This document shows, piece after piece, positions 38,101 to 45,952 of a stretch of DNA of 64,000 bases. The stretch is taken from IMG/VR virus record IMGVR_UViG_2786546133_000001, positions 25,636 to 89,635 of that record; one strand, 5' to 3'. Origin of the DNA: a virus (Duplodnaviria > Caudoviricetes). A model generated the notes under the pieces. The model ran no database searches. It was not told the DNA's origin and saw nothing but the letters and a program-made list of their open reading frames with translations. Numbering within the stretch: position 1 is the first letter of the stretch; each line of letters begins with the position of its first letter. Position numbers and translations under genes: made by a program.

Positions 38101-39454
38101 CATGCTCGGCGCCGCCAGGTCGGCCGGCTCGCAGCTCACCTCGTTCTTCTCGGGCCTGCCGGGGAAGATCAAGGGCGCGCTGTCGGGGGCCGGGTCGGCG
38201 CTCGTGTCCGTGGGCCGCGACCTGATCCGAGGCCTGATCGCCGGTGTCAAGGCGATGGCGGGGTCCATCGCGTCGGCCGCGAAGGAAGTCGTCGGCTCGG
38301 CGATCAAGGCCGCGAAGAACGTCCTGAAGATCGGCTCGCCGTCGAAGGTGTTCATCGCGATCGGTAAGGACACCGGCAAGGGCTTCGTCATCGGCCTGAC
38401 CAGCAGCGCGGCGGAGATCAAGCAGACCACCGACAAGATCGCCGCCGACATCCGGAACGCCTTCAAGGGCAAGAACACCAAGCTCGACGACCGGCTGTTG
38501 AAGCTGATCTCGGACGGCAACAAGAAGCTGACGTCGCTCGCAACCCAGCGAGACGCGATCGCGAAGCGGATCGCCGACGCGCAGAAGTTCGCGGCGGACA
38601 CGGCCGCCTCCGCCTTGCAGGGGTTCTCGCTTCAGAACCTCACGCAGGGCGGCGTGAGCCTGTTCAACATCACCGAGGGCCTCGACCAGGGAATCGCGCA
38701 GGTCAAGAACTTCACGAAGGAGATCAACGACCTCGCGAAGCGCGGCCTGCGCAAGGACTTGCTGTCTCAGATCATCGGGCTCGGGCCGCAACAGGGCGCC
38801 CAGCTCGCCGAGTTCCTGTCGAACCAGTCGACGGCGAGCCTGAAGCAGATCAACAGCTTGCAGAAGCAGCTCGTCGCCGCGACGAACTCGCTCGGCAAGA
38901 GCGCGGCCGACGACTTGTTCGACGCGGGCAAGCAGGCGTCGCGGGGCTTCCTCGCCGGTCTCAAGGCGCAGGAAAAGGACATCGACGCCCTCATGCTGTC
39001 GATCGCGAAGTCGATGCAGAAGGCGATCCGTTCCGCGCTCGGCATCCACTCGCCGTCGGTCGTGTTCCGGAAGATCGGCGACCAGACCGGGCACGGCTTG
39101 CAGCTCGGCATCCTCGACCGGCTCGCCGCGCTGCGGGAGTCGACACGCAAGGCAGCCCAGGTCGTCGCGCTCGCCGCGACGAAGCCGCTCGCCGGTCTCG
39201 GCTCGCTCGTCGCCGCGCCCGTGGTCACGCCGACGCTCGCCGGCGGCGGGGGCACGGTGCCGCTGACCCGGTCGAGCAGCGCCGCGGCGGGCGTCGACGC
39301 GGGAAGCGTCGCCGACCTGATCCGCGGCGTGCGCCGGGCGAGCACGGGCAGCGCGGCGGGAGTCACGAACAACTTCACCGTTCAGGCGGCACAGGACCCC
39401 GAGAAGACCGCGCGGCTCGTCCTGCGCCGTCTGGCACAGGCGGGGATCGCGTGA
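35156..39454 (+). CDS. Tape measure protein
   Basis: 1432 aa, Ala/Leu/Gly-rich amphipathic repeats, IGSPSKVF and IHSPSVVF motifs. Confidence 0.9.
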   Translation: MTTPAGDSEDFGSARITITLDDSGALRDARDLGQRIQQALDRATRNTGDQIRRNIERGLRAAAVSVRVEPDTSRFRTQLAADLRGLDTSIRVTADPQFFRTRLQAALRSTGGLTVDIGVNEARLRARLNRVTRRMTANVTLAPDTTRFQARVNRALRGITAQVRVEPDVARFAARLRSQLRGLGAVTVQARADAARFRRQLERDLRGLPPISIRVDPDLSRLNDALRRHNAPTVRVPVDVDRNRLTRALGSLTSSLGSIGKRAGTALGGLLKFGAIGIAAASAAQSVAGLVAALAPAAGIIAAFPAAVAGVQISLQTLKLAVLGVGDALSAAFSGDAKAFQEALDKLAPAAQKAVLAVKALQPELSKVQQSVQQAFFRQFSGDVGAAIKNLLPLRTQLAGLAGEFGKAADEGLKFAASQQAVAPLRQIIQGTTQAASGLQAVVAPLAKGFLDVAAAVSKAFGSQVGGAIAQAGAQFGTFLSEFAASGRAVDAVRGAVGVFQQLGAIASNVGAIISGVFSAASGAGGGLLNNLQTITGAFREFVQSAQGQEAIGKIFGTIGTIAAQLGPILSALVGQLGQIAPALGPVFSTLGPAITGLINALGPALAAIAPSLQTVAAALSDAFESIGPSLGPLGQAIAQVVTALAPLLPLAGQLVSVLATALAPVLSTLAQAFQPIIQAVVGALMPILPPLADAFVQLVTALTPLATGIGQAIAQVFQILGPVLTQVANVIAQVAVALVPLITALTNALLPILPPIVQAFSAILQAIVPILPPVAQLVAALAPLLVTITNLLAPVLQIAAAFVSWTAINIVVPVIQAVVGILTGLLTALSSVVTFITNLPSLIVAGLSALGSLISTAFTAVVTFFQGLPGMILAALQALPGLLSNLFHLALQAVGTVIGTGIGLVILLFTRVPGLIGNALVSLGSLLVSLFTSALNAGKSAVSAGISATVSFFSQLPGRAVSVLSSLPGRAASVLRSAGSAMLGAARSAGSQLTSFFSGLPGKIKGALSGAGSALVSVGRDLIRGLIAGVKAMAGSIASAAKEVVGSAIKAAKNVLKIGSPSKVFIAIGKDTGKGFVIGLTSSAAEIKQTTDKIAADIRNAFKGKNTKLDDRLLKLISDGNKKLTSLATQRDAIAKRIADAQKFAADTAASALQGFSLQNLTQGGVSLFNITEGLDQGIAQVKNFTKEINDLAKRGLRKDLLSQIIGLGPQQGAQLAEFLSNQSTASLKQINSLQKQLVAATNSLGKSAADDLFDAGKQASRGFLAGLKAQEKDIDALMLSIAKSMQKAIRSALGIHSPSVVFRKIGDQTGHGLQLGILDRLAALRESTRKAAQVVALAATKPLAGLGSLVAAPVVTPTLAGGGGTVPLTRSSSAAAGVDAGSVADLIRGVRRASTGSAAGVTNNFTVQAAQDPEKTARLVLRRLAQAGIA

Positions 39455-39493
39455 CCGGCGGCGAGCAGCAGACGAAGGCGAGGAGCGTCGACC

Positions 39494-40828
39494 TTGTTGA
39501 CTGACTACATCTCCGTCGGAGGTGTCGAGATCGCGAACACGGCCCGTCTGCGTGAGTACCTGCGGACCGTGGGCTCGCCGCTCGACAGCGGGTCGGACAT
39601 CTGCGCCTGCGACACGTTCACGGCCGCCGTCCTCGGCGACGAGCCGTACACGACGCCGGACGACGCGGCGTCGCCGGCACCGTGGTACGACCCGAGCGAT
39701 CCGGCGTCGGCGGAGTTCGCCGGGTTCCTCGTCCTGTCCATGGACGGCGTCGATGACTTCCCCGTGAAGCGCACGGTGACGACGTCGGTCACGGGCGGCG
39801 GCTCGCTCGGACCGGCGCGCGTGCAGCCGCGTGACATCACCGTCTCGGGGATCCTGCTCGGGTCGACGTGCTGCGGCGTCGAGTTCGGGCTGCGCTATCT
39901 GGCGGCTGCGCTCCAGGGCTGCACGGGCTCGCAGTGCGGCGGCGACTGCGTCACGATGTACGACTGCTGTCCGGGCGAGGACATGACGGCCGCCGAGTTC
40001 AACGCCGCGCACCGCCGCACCTACCGGCGGGTGGCGTTGACGGACGGGCCGAAGGTGACCGGCCGGGCGGGAACGGGCTCGTGCGGCGGCGGACGCTGCT
40101 CGATCGGCGCCGACGTCGTCACCGTCGAGTTCACCCTGACCGCGGCGACGCCGTGGGCGTACACGGACGAGGTGCCGCTGCTGACGGTGGGCATCCCGAC
40201 CGACGACGACGGCGAGTGCGTCGAGTGGTGCATCCACGACAGCCGGCTTCCCGACTGGGTGCCGCAGTGCGGCGGCTGCCGCCTGGCGGACTGTGTGGAC
40301 TCGCAGGACGCGTGCGCGGATCCGACGTGTGTGCCGCCCGCCCCGCCGGTCCCGACGGCGCCCGAGACGTGCTTCTGTGCGTCCCTGGCGACGAGCCAGG
40401 AGTGTTACGAGGTCGACCTGTCGAACCGGTCCGGGTGGATCGACGACGTGCCGATCATCAATGTGTACGCGGGCAGCGAGGACCTGCGCCGGGTGTCTAT
40501 CAGCCTGTATCAGCGGACCGAGGCCGACGAGAACCTGACGTGTGCCGAGCTCGCCGAGAAGAAGCGTTGCGAGCCCTACGCGCGGTGGGAGATCGGTTTC
40601 GTCCCGGCGGGCGGCGAGCTGCTGCTCGACGGGCAGACGAGCAGGGCCACGCTGGATTGCAACCGGCAGTGCTCGTCGGCGACGTCGGTCTACGGCCGCA
40701 ACGGCTCGCCGCCGACCTGGCCCGTGCTGAACTGCGCCGCGTTCTGCCTGTGCATCGAATCGGACGCGTTCGTGCCGCCCGCCCCGGACGCGACGGTGTC
40801 CCTGTCGGTGTCGGGTAGGGCGTCCTGA
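39494..40828 (+). CDS. Distal tail (Dit-like) minor tail protein, very Cys-rich
   Basis: Follows tape measure; PRDITVSG, VEFTLTAATPW; about 28 Cys. Confidence 0.7.
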   Translation: MLTDYISVGGVEIANTARLREYLRTVGSPLDSGSDICACDTFTAAVLGDEPYTTPDDAASPAPWYDPSDPASAEFAGFLVLSMDGVDDFPVKRTVTTSVTGGGSLGPARVQPRDITVSGILLGSTCCGVEFGLRYLAAALQGCTGSQCGGDCVTMYDCCPGEDMTAAEFNAAHRRTYRRVALTDGPKVTGRAGTGSCGGGRCSIGADVVTVEFTLTAATPWAYTDEVPLLTVGIPTDDDGECVEWCIHDSRLPDWVPQCGGCRLADCVDSQDACADPTCVPPAPPVPTAPETCFCASLATSQECYEVDLSNRSGWIDDVPIINVYAGSEDLRRVSISLYQRTEADENLTCAELAEKKRCEPYARWEIGFVPAGGELLLDGQTSRATLDCNRQCSSATSVYGRNGSPPTWPVLNCAAFCLCIESDAFVPPAPDATVSLSVSGRAS

Positions 40829-41856
40829 TGGCCGGCCTGGGGTGCGCCGCGGAGTACACGGCCGTCGTCGCGGACCGTGACGGCGCGATCCTGTCCAACC
40901 TCGTCACCGTGACTCATGTCGAGTTCACGCGCGTGCTGAACGACGCGAGCACGGCCCGTGTCGTCGTCGTCCCCGACCTCGACTGTTGCGAGAAGCTCGG
41001 CGACGTCCGCTCGTGGCGGAACTGGCTGCACATCTACCGGAACGGCGACTACGTGTGGGGCGGGCCGATCCTGACGGCGGAATGGAGCCTCGGGCAGTTC
41101 GAGATCAACGCGGGCGACGTCATCTCGGTTCTCAACCGGCGTACGCCGCACGAGTCGAAGGCGTTCACGAACACGGACCTGACGGACATCGCGACGTGGC
41201 TGATCGAGGACGGTTTCCTTCCCGACGACCCCGGTCATACGGTGAACGTCCTCGCCCCGTCCGGGGTGTCTGGCTCACGCGAGTACACCGAGGACATCGG
41301 GCAGACCGGCGACCACCTGAAAGACCTCGCGGACACCGGCCTCGACTTCACCGCCGTCGGTAACTCGATCCTGCTGCTCCCCGACGACTGGAGCGCGAGC
41401 GTGGGCCTGCTGACGGACGCCGACCTTCCCGACGGCCTGAGCGTCGCCGAGGACGGGACGGCGCTCGCCACGCGGTGGATCGTCTACGGCAGCGACGACA
41501 GCGGCGTGAAGGGCGTCGCCGGCGGCGTCCACCCGTATTACGGGCTGATCGAGCGGAGCATCCAAGACACCTCGATCAAGGACAACGACTCTGCGACCGC
41601 GGCGGCGCAGTCGCGGCTGAACGCCTCTCTGCCCGTGCCGGTCTACATCGACACGCAAGAGGTCACGCTGTCGCCGGACGCGGGGGTCGACGTCACGCGG
41701 ATCGTGCCGGGCTGGTGCATCGACCTCGCAACGACGACGACGTGCCGGAACGTCTCGCAGCGTATGAAGATCACGGGTCTGCACGTGACGGCCGACGGCG
41801 ACGGCGAGTCGGTACAGGTCCAGCTCGGGCCCGTCAGCGCGGAAGGCGATGCGTAA
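40828..41856 (+). CDS. Minor tail/baseplate hub protein
   Basis: FTRVLNDAS...LHIYRNGDYVWGGPI. Confidence 0.7.
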   Translation: MAGLGCAAEYTAVVADRDGAILSNLVTVTHVEFTRVLNDASTARVVVVPDLDCCEKLGDVRSWRNWLHIYRNGDYVWGGPILTAEWSLGQFEINAGDVISVLNRRTPHESKAFTNTDLTDIATWLIEDGFLPDDPGHTVNVLAPSGVSGSREYTEDIGQTGDHLKDLADTGLDFTAVGNSILLLPDDWSASVGLLTDADLPDGLSVAEDGTALATRWIVYGSDDSGVKGVAGGVHPYYGLIERSIQDTSIKDNDSATAAAQSRLNASLPVPVYIDTQEVTLSPDAGVDVTRIVPGWCIDLATTTTCRNVSQRMKITGLHVTADGDGESVQVQLGPVSAEGDA

Positions 41857-42329
41857 TGGCGTACAGGGGACCGGCCTCGCGGACGCTGCCGGGGAATCCG
41901 CTCGGCGGCGTGCTGCGCGACATGGAACGTACGAGCCGCAAGGGCGGACGTCAGGGACCGCAGGGCGAGCAAGGCCCGCAGGGCGAGGCCGGGCCGCAGG
42001 GCGAACCAGGCCCGCCGGGACCGCCGGGACTGCCGGGCGCGTCGCCTGCCGCGGCGGTCGCGACCACGGGCAGCGACGGCCGCGCGGTGTGGACGTTCCC
42101 CGTGCCGTTCGCTGCCGCGCCGGTCGTCAGCGCGCTCGCCGTCGACCTCAACCCGGCCGACGATCGCACGGTGACGGTCGCCCTGGAGGCTGTGACGGCG
42201 ACGAGCGTCGCGGTCCGCGTGTGGCAGACGCAGCCGCTGCTCGGGCTCGGCGTGCTGCCGCTCGTGCCCGCGCAGGCGGGGGTACAGGTGCACCTCACGG
42301 CGATCGGGCAGCCGGCCGGGGATCAGTGA
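41856..42329 (+). CDS. Collagen-like repeat minor tail protein
   Basis: GPQGEQGPQGEAGPQGEPGPPGPPGLPG. Confidence 0.75.
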   Translation: MAYRGPASRTLPGNPLGGVLRDMERTSRKGGRQGPQGEQGPQGEAGPQGEPGPPGPPGLPGASPAAAVATTGSDGRAVWTFPVPFAAAPVVSALAVDLNPADDRTVTVALEAVTATSVAVRVWQTQPLLGLGVLPLVPAQAGVQVHLTAIGQPAGDQ

Positions 42330-42769
42330 CCGGCGGGCGCCCGCCGGTCTCCCTGCCGCGCGCCTGTGCGCGTCTGTCGGCCGCCCCAGGGCGGCGCCCC
42401 GTGCTCGCTTCGGGGGAAGTCCTCGCGGCGCTCGTACGGGGCCGCCAGGAGCCGCAGGGCGTGCTCGTAGCCGTCGCGCGCCTCGGGCCCGCCGCCAGGC
42501 CACGCCGACCAGTCGACGAGCTGCAACTTCGCGTGCAACTCGGCGAGCCTGGCCGGGTCGGCGTCAGGCACGGTCGCCGTCCTGATGTACTCCTCCATCG
42601 GGTACGGGTAGCCGTCGAGGAGCAACGTCGGGGCGTCGCCTTCCGAGACGATCTCGACGTCGTGCCCGTCGAAGATGCTCGGCACGAACCGGCGGCGCCC
42701 CTGCTGCGCCTCGATCTCCTCCTGATACCGCTCGCTCAGGTACGCGGCGAGCACGTCCATGGCGTCCAT
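42323..42769 (-). CDS. Hypothetical protein inserted antisense in tail region (moron-like)
   Basis: AGGAAGG RBS; ALRLLAAPY..R.DF C-terminal pattern. Confidence 0.6.
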   Translation of the reverse strand: MDAMDVLAAYLSERYQEEIEAQQGRRRFVPSIFDGHDVEIVSEGDAPTLLLDGYPYPMEEYIRTATVPDADPARLAELHAKLQLVDWSAWPGGGPEARDGYEHALRLLAAPYERREDFPRSEHGAPPWGGRQTRTGARQGDRRAPAGH

Positions 42770-42836
42770 GCGGGTCCTTCCTGCTGCTCGACGGACGGCT
42801 CGACAGGATGGCAGACGGGTGCGGAGCCGACGGCCG

Positions 42837-42869
42837 TAAGCTGATCGTCGCCGCTGGTTGTGGGCCGGG
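42837..42869 (+). promoter_or_regulatory. Late leader element 6: TAAGCT + GCTGGTTGTGGGCCGGG
   Basis: Motif 42853-42869; ATG 42896. Confidence 0.78.
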
Positions 42870-42895
42870 CACGTGCGATTCCCCGAGGGGTTCCG

Positions 42896-43615
42896 ATGGC
42901 GCGCGCTTGTGCTTGCGACACGTACTTCACCGTCAACTCGTCCACGGGTGAGCTGTGCCTGAAGCCGGGCACGCAGGGCCTGCGGCAGACCCTCTACTTC
43001 AGCGCCGGGACGTACACGTTCAACAAGGCCAACTATCCGTGGCTCGCGCGCGTCGAGGTCGAGGTGCAGGGCGCGGGCGGAGGATCGGCCGGCGCGAACG
43101 CCGACACGGGCGAGGCGATCGTCCGGCCCGGCGGTGCGGGCGGCGGCTACTCGAAGTCGCTGATTGACGCGTCCGCGCTCCCGGCGTCGGTGCCAATCAA
43201 GGTCGGGACGGGCGGCGCCGCGGGCACATCCACGACGGACGGCGGCGACGGCGAACCGTCGTCGTTCGGCAGCCTCGTCATCGCGAACGGCGGGAGCGGC
43301 GGCACCAACAACATGCCGTCGGGTACGACCGCGAGCACCTCCCAGGGCATCGCGGGGCCGACAGCGGGCACGGGCGACTTCGCGATCGGCGGCGGCGCCT
43401 CCGGGTCGGCGATCCGCTTGAACGGCAGTTTCGGCATGGCCGGCTTCGGCGGCGACTCGTTCCTCGGCACCGGCGGGCTCGGCCGCACCTCGCAGGGCAA
43501 CGGGCTCGGGAACCGCGGTTTCGGCGCGGGAGCGGGCGGCGCGCTTTCCTTCGGCGGCGCCGTCGACGGCGGAAAGGGCGGCGACGGGCGCGTGATCGTG
43601 CACCTCTACGGCTGA
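42896..43615 (+). CDS. Glycine-rich tail fibre-like protein
   Basis: VEVQGAGGGS...GGAGGGY...GGDGRVIV glycine-rich domain; starts MARACAC. Confidence 0.75.
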   Translation: MARACACDTYFTVNSSTGELCLKPGTQGLRQTLYFSAGTYTFNKANYPWLARVEVEVQGAGGGSAGANADTGEAIVRPGGAGGGYSKSLIDASALPASVPIKVGTGGAAGTSTTDGGDGEPSSFGSLVIANGGSGGTNNMPSGTTASTSQGIAGPTAGTGDFAIGGGASGSAIRLNGSFGMAGFGGDSFLGTGGLGRTSQGNGLGNRGFGAGAGGALSFGGAVDGGKGGDGRVIVHLYG

Positions 43616-43637
43616 TCTGCCGCCGGCTGCCGCGTCC

Positions 43638-43698
43638 TAGACTGAGCGGTAGCCGCTGGTTCTGGGCCGGGCACGAGCGCACCCCGAGAGGTGGTCGT
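43638..43698 (+). promoter_or_regulatory. Late leader element 7: TAGACT + GCTGGTTCTGGGCCGGG + SD hairpin
   Basis: Motif 43655-43671; ACGA/CACC pair with GGTG/TCGT; TTG 43700. Confidence 0.78.
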
Positions 43699-43699
43699 C

Positions 43700-44539
43700 T
43701 TGGCCAGGTGTCAGTGCGGCGGCGGCGGCTGCAACTGCGTGGTACAGGCGGGCGATAACGCCATCGTCACAGGCGGCGGGTCGACGGCGAACCCGTACGT
43801 CGTGACCGCTGTCACGAACTGCGACGAGGTCCGCGGCTGTCTGTCCGCCGGTCCGGGAATCGCCTTCGACCCGGCGACCGGCGTGATCGGCGCGGACGTG
43901 TCGAGCACGCCCGGGAACAACCTGGTCATCGACGCGAACGGCCTGTACGTGCCGACGGGCGCGGCGACCGTCCAGACCGGATGCGGGCTGCGCGGCGACG
44001 GGTCGGCGAGCGCGCCCCTGCGCGCCAACACCGCGACGTGGCCGTTCTCGTGCGACATCACCTCCAACGGCGGCGACGTCTACTGCGACCCGTCGTCGGG
44101 CCAGCTGATGACCGACCCGCCGTTCAAGGCCCGGTACCGCGAGGTGAACCTCGGCGACTCGTTCGCCGCTCGCGCGGTGCCCGCCAACGAAACGACGATC
44201 GACACGATCAGCGTCGCCCTGACCAACCCGGACCCGTGCCGGGACGCGTTCGTGATCGTGCACCGCGCCCTCGACGTCGACTTCAACCTCCCGGCCGACG
44301 GCGGGCAGGCCATGTCGGGGATCAACGGCGACGATCTGAACTACCTGAAGAATACGGGCAGCACGGCCATTACGGCCTGGCACGGGCAGCACAACGTGAT
44401 GCACAACAGCGTCATCGCGGCCGGTGCGACCCAGGCAATCAACCTGGCGATCACGCTCGGCCGGGGCGGCGGCGGCGCGACGTACACCCGCTTCCAAGCC
44501 ACGATCCGGGTGTGGCTGTTCTCCATCCCTCTGAGCTGA
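43700..44539 (+). CDS. Minor tail/fibre protein (paralog 1)
   Basis: MARCQCGGGGCNC; GSTANPYVV; TNPDPCR. Confidence 0.7.
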   Translation: MARCQCGGGGCNCVVQAGDNAIVTGGGSTANPYVVTAVTNCDEVRGCLSAGPGIAFDPATGVIGADVSSTPGNNLVIDANGLYVPTGAATVQTGCGLRGDGSASAPLRANTATWPFSCDITSNGGDVYCDPSSGQLMTDPPFKARYREVNLGDSFAARAVPANETTIDTISVALTNPDPCRDAFVIVHRALDVDFNLPADGGQAMSGINGDDLNYLKNTGSTAITAWHGQHNVMHNSVIAAGATQAINLAITLGRGGGGATYTRFQATIRVWLFSIPLS

Positions 44540-44553
44540 TCGGGGCCCGTGCT

Positions 44554-44859
44554 GTGGACGAGACCACCACCATCACGACGACGACGCGTTACTACCAGCT
44601 TCCCGACGGCCGGCTTCGCGAGGTGACGCTGACCGAGGGCGTGAGCGTGTCCCTGCCCGAAGGCGCGGTCGAGCTGGACGTCGCGGAGTACACGGCCGTG
44701 CTCGGCGTGATCGAGCAGGGGCGCGCCGCGGCGGAGGCGGCGCAGCAGGCGGCCGATCAGGCAGCGGCTCACGTCGCGTACGTCGCGCTCGCCGCGATCC
44801 TCCCGGACGCCGTCGCGCGACGCCTGTCCGGGTACACGCCGCTCGTCGACCTCGACTGA
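44554..44859 (+). CDS. Fibre chaperone-like protein (paralog 1)
   Basis: YYQLPDG...ARRLSGYTP. Confidence 0.6.
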   Translation: MDETTTITTTTRYYQLPDGRLREVTLTEGVSVSLPEGAVELDVAEYTAVLGVIEQGRAAAEAAQQAADQAAAHVAYVALAAILPDAVARRLSGYTPLVDLD

Positions 44860-44896
44860 CCAGGGCGGAGGCCCCAAAGGGCGCCGCTTCGCCTCA

Positions 44897-44954
44897 TACA
44901 CTGTCATCGCTGCTGGTTCTGGGCCGGGCTATGGACTCCACTCCTTCGGAGGGG
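44897..44954 (+). promoter_or_regulatory. Late leader element 8: TACACT + GCTGGTTCTGGGCCGGG + SD hairpin
   Basis: Motif 44912-44928; CTCC pairs with GGAG; ATG 44958. Confidence 0.78.
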
Positions 44955-44957
44955 CTC

Positions 44958-45650
44958 ATGGCAAGCTGCAAGTGCGGCGGCGGACAATGCAGTTGCGTCG
45001 TCATCGCCGGGCCCGGCGCGACCGTCACGGGTGCCGGTTCGACGGCCAACCCGTACGTGGTCGGCGCGGACCCGAACGTCACCGCCGGCTGCGGCATCAC
45101 GGGCGACGGGTCGGCGGCGAACCCTCTCACGGCGAACACCCAGACGTGGCCGTTCACGTGCGACATCGGCGCGAACGGCGGCGGCGTGTACTGCGACCCG
45201 GCAACGGGCGAGCTGCACACCGATCCCCCGGTCTGGGGGGAGTTCGAGGGGAACCAGCAGACCACGGCCCTGTCGACGCCCCTCCCCGTGCCTACGTCGG
45301 CGTCGCAGGTGATCGACACGATTTCGATCACTGTCACGAACCCGGACCCGTGCCGCCGCGCGCTCGGCTTCCTGTTCCGCGAGGTCGACCTCGACTTCAC
45401 GCTGCCGCCGAACTCGGGCGCCATGGCCAGTATCGACGGCGACGACATGAACTATCTCGGCAACCAGGGAAGCGGGACGATCTTCGCCACCCACTCCCAG
45501 GACAACAAGATCACCGTGCTCACCCTCAACCCTGGGGAGACGCGCACGATCACGATGAACGTCGAGGCCGGTCGAGGCAGCGGCGGAGCGACGATCACCC
45601 GCATCCAGAAGTCCCTTCGGGCGTGGTTCTGGACGCCCCAGTTCAACTGA
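44958..45650 (+). CDS. Minor tail/fibre protein (paralog 2)
   Basis: MASCKCGGGQCSC; highly similar to 43700-44539. Confidence 0.7.
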   Translation: MASCKCGGGQCSCVVIAGPGATVTGAGSTANPYVVGADPNVTAGCGITGDGSAANPLTANTQTWPFTCDIGANGGGVYCDPATGELHTDPPVWGEFEGNQQTTALSTPLPVPTSASQVIDTISITVTNPDPCRRALGFLFREVDLDFTLPPNSGAMASIDGDDMNYLGNQGSGTIFATHSQDNKITVLTLNPGETRTITMNVEAGRGSGGATITRIQKSLRAWFWTPQFN

Positions 45651-45664
45651 CAGGAGTCCAGGCC

Positions 45665-45949
45665 ATGGCAGAGCAGACCTTTTACTACGAGTACCCGGAC
45701 GGCGCGGTCGCCGAGCGCGTGACGACGGCGGCCGACCCAGATCACCCGCAGGGCGTCACGCTGCTGACGGCGGACGAGTACGCCAGGAAGAAGGCAGCCA
45801 TCGAGGCGGCCCTCGCCGAGCGGCAGGCCGACGTCCGGGCGGCGGAGACCGCGGCGAAGCAGAGCGCGTACGACGCGCTGATCGCGGCCAACTTCGATCC
45901 GGCCGTCGCCGCGACCCTGTCCGGCTACACGCCGCCGACGGAGGGCTGA
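45665..45949 (+). CDS. Fibre chaperone-like protein (paralog 2)
   Basis: AGGAG RBS; YYEYPDG...AATLSGYTP. Confidence 0.65.
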   Translation: MAEQTFYYEYPDGAVAERVTTAADPDHPQGVTLLTADEYARKKAAIEAALAERQADVRAAETAAKQSAYDALIAANFDPAVAATLSGYTPPTEG

Positions 45950-45952
45950 TCC

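Noticed and set aside
35078-40237. Long alternative-frame and antisense ORFs over the tape measure (35143-38367, 35078-37432, 37646-40237)
   Set aside because: Arg/Pro/Gly-rich translations typical of stop-poor high-GC frames; no motifs
31619-41856. Contractile injection system or gene transfer agent
   Set aside because: No sheath or baseplate wedge genes; lysis, recombination and immunity modules indicate a siphophage
7986-44928. 17-nt repeats as a CRISPR array or att sites
   Set aside because: Dispersed over 37 kb, no spacer periodicity, no cas or recombinase; always positioned in gene leaders
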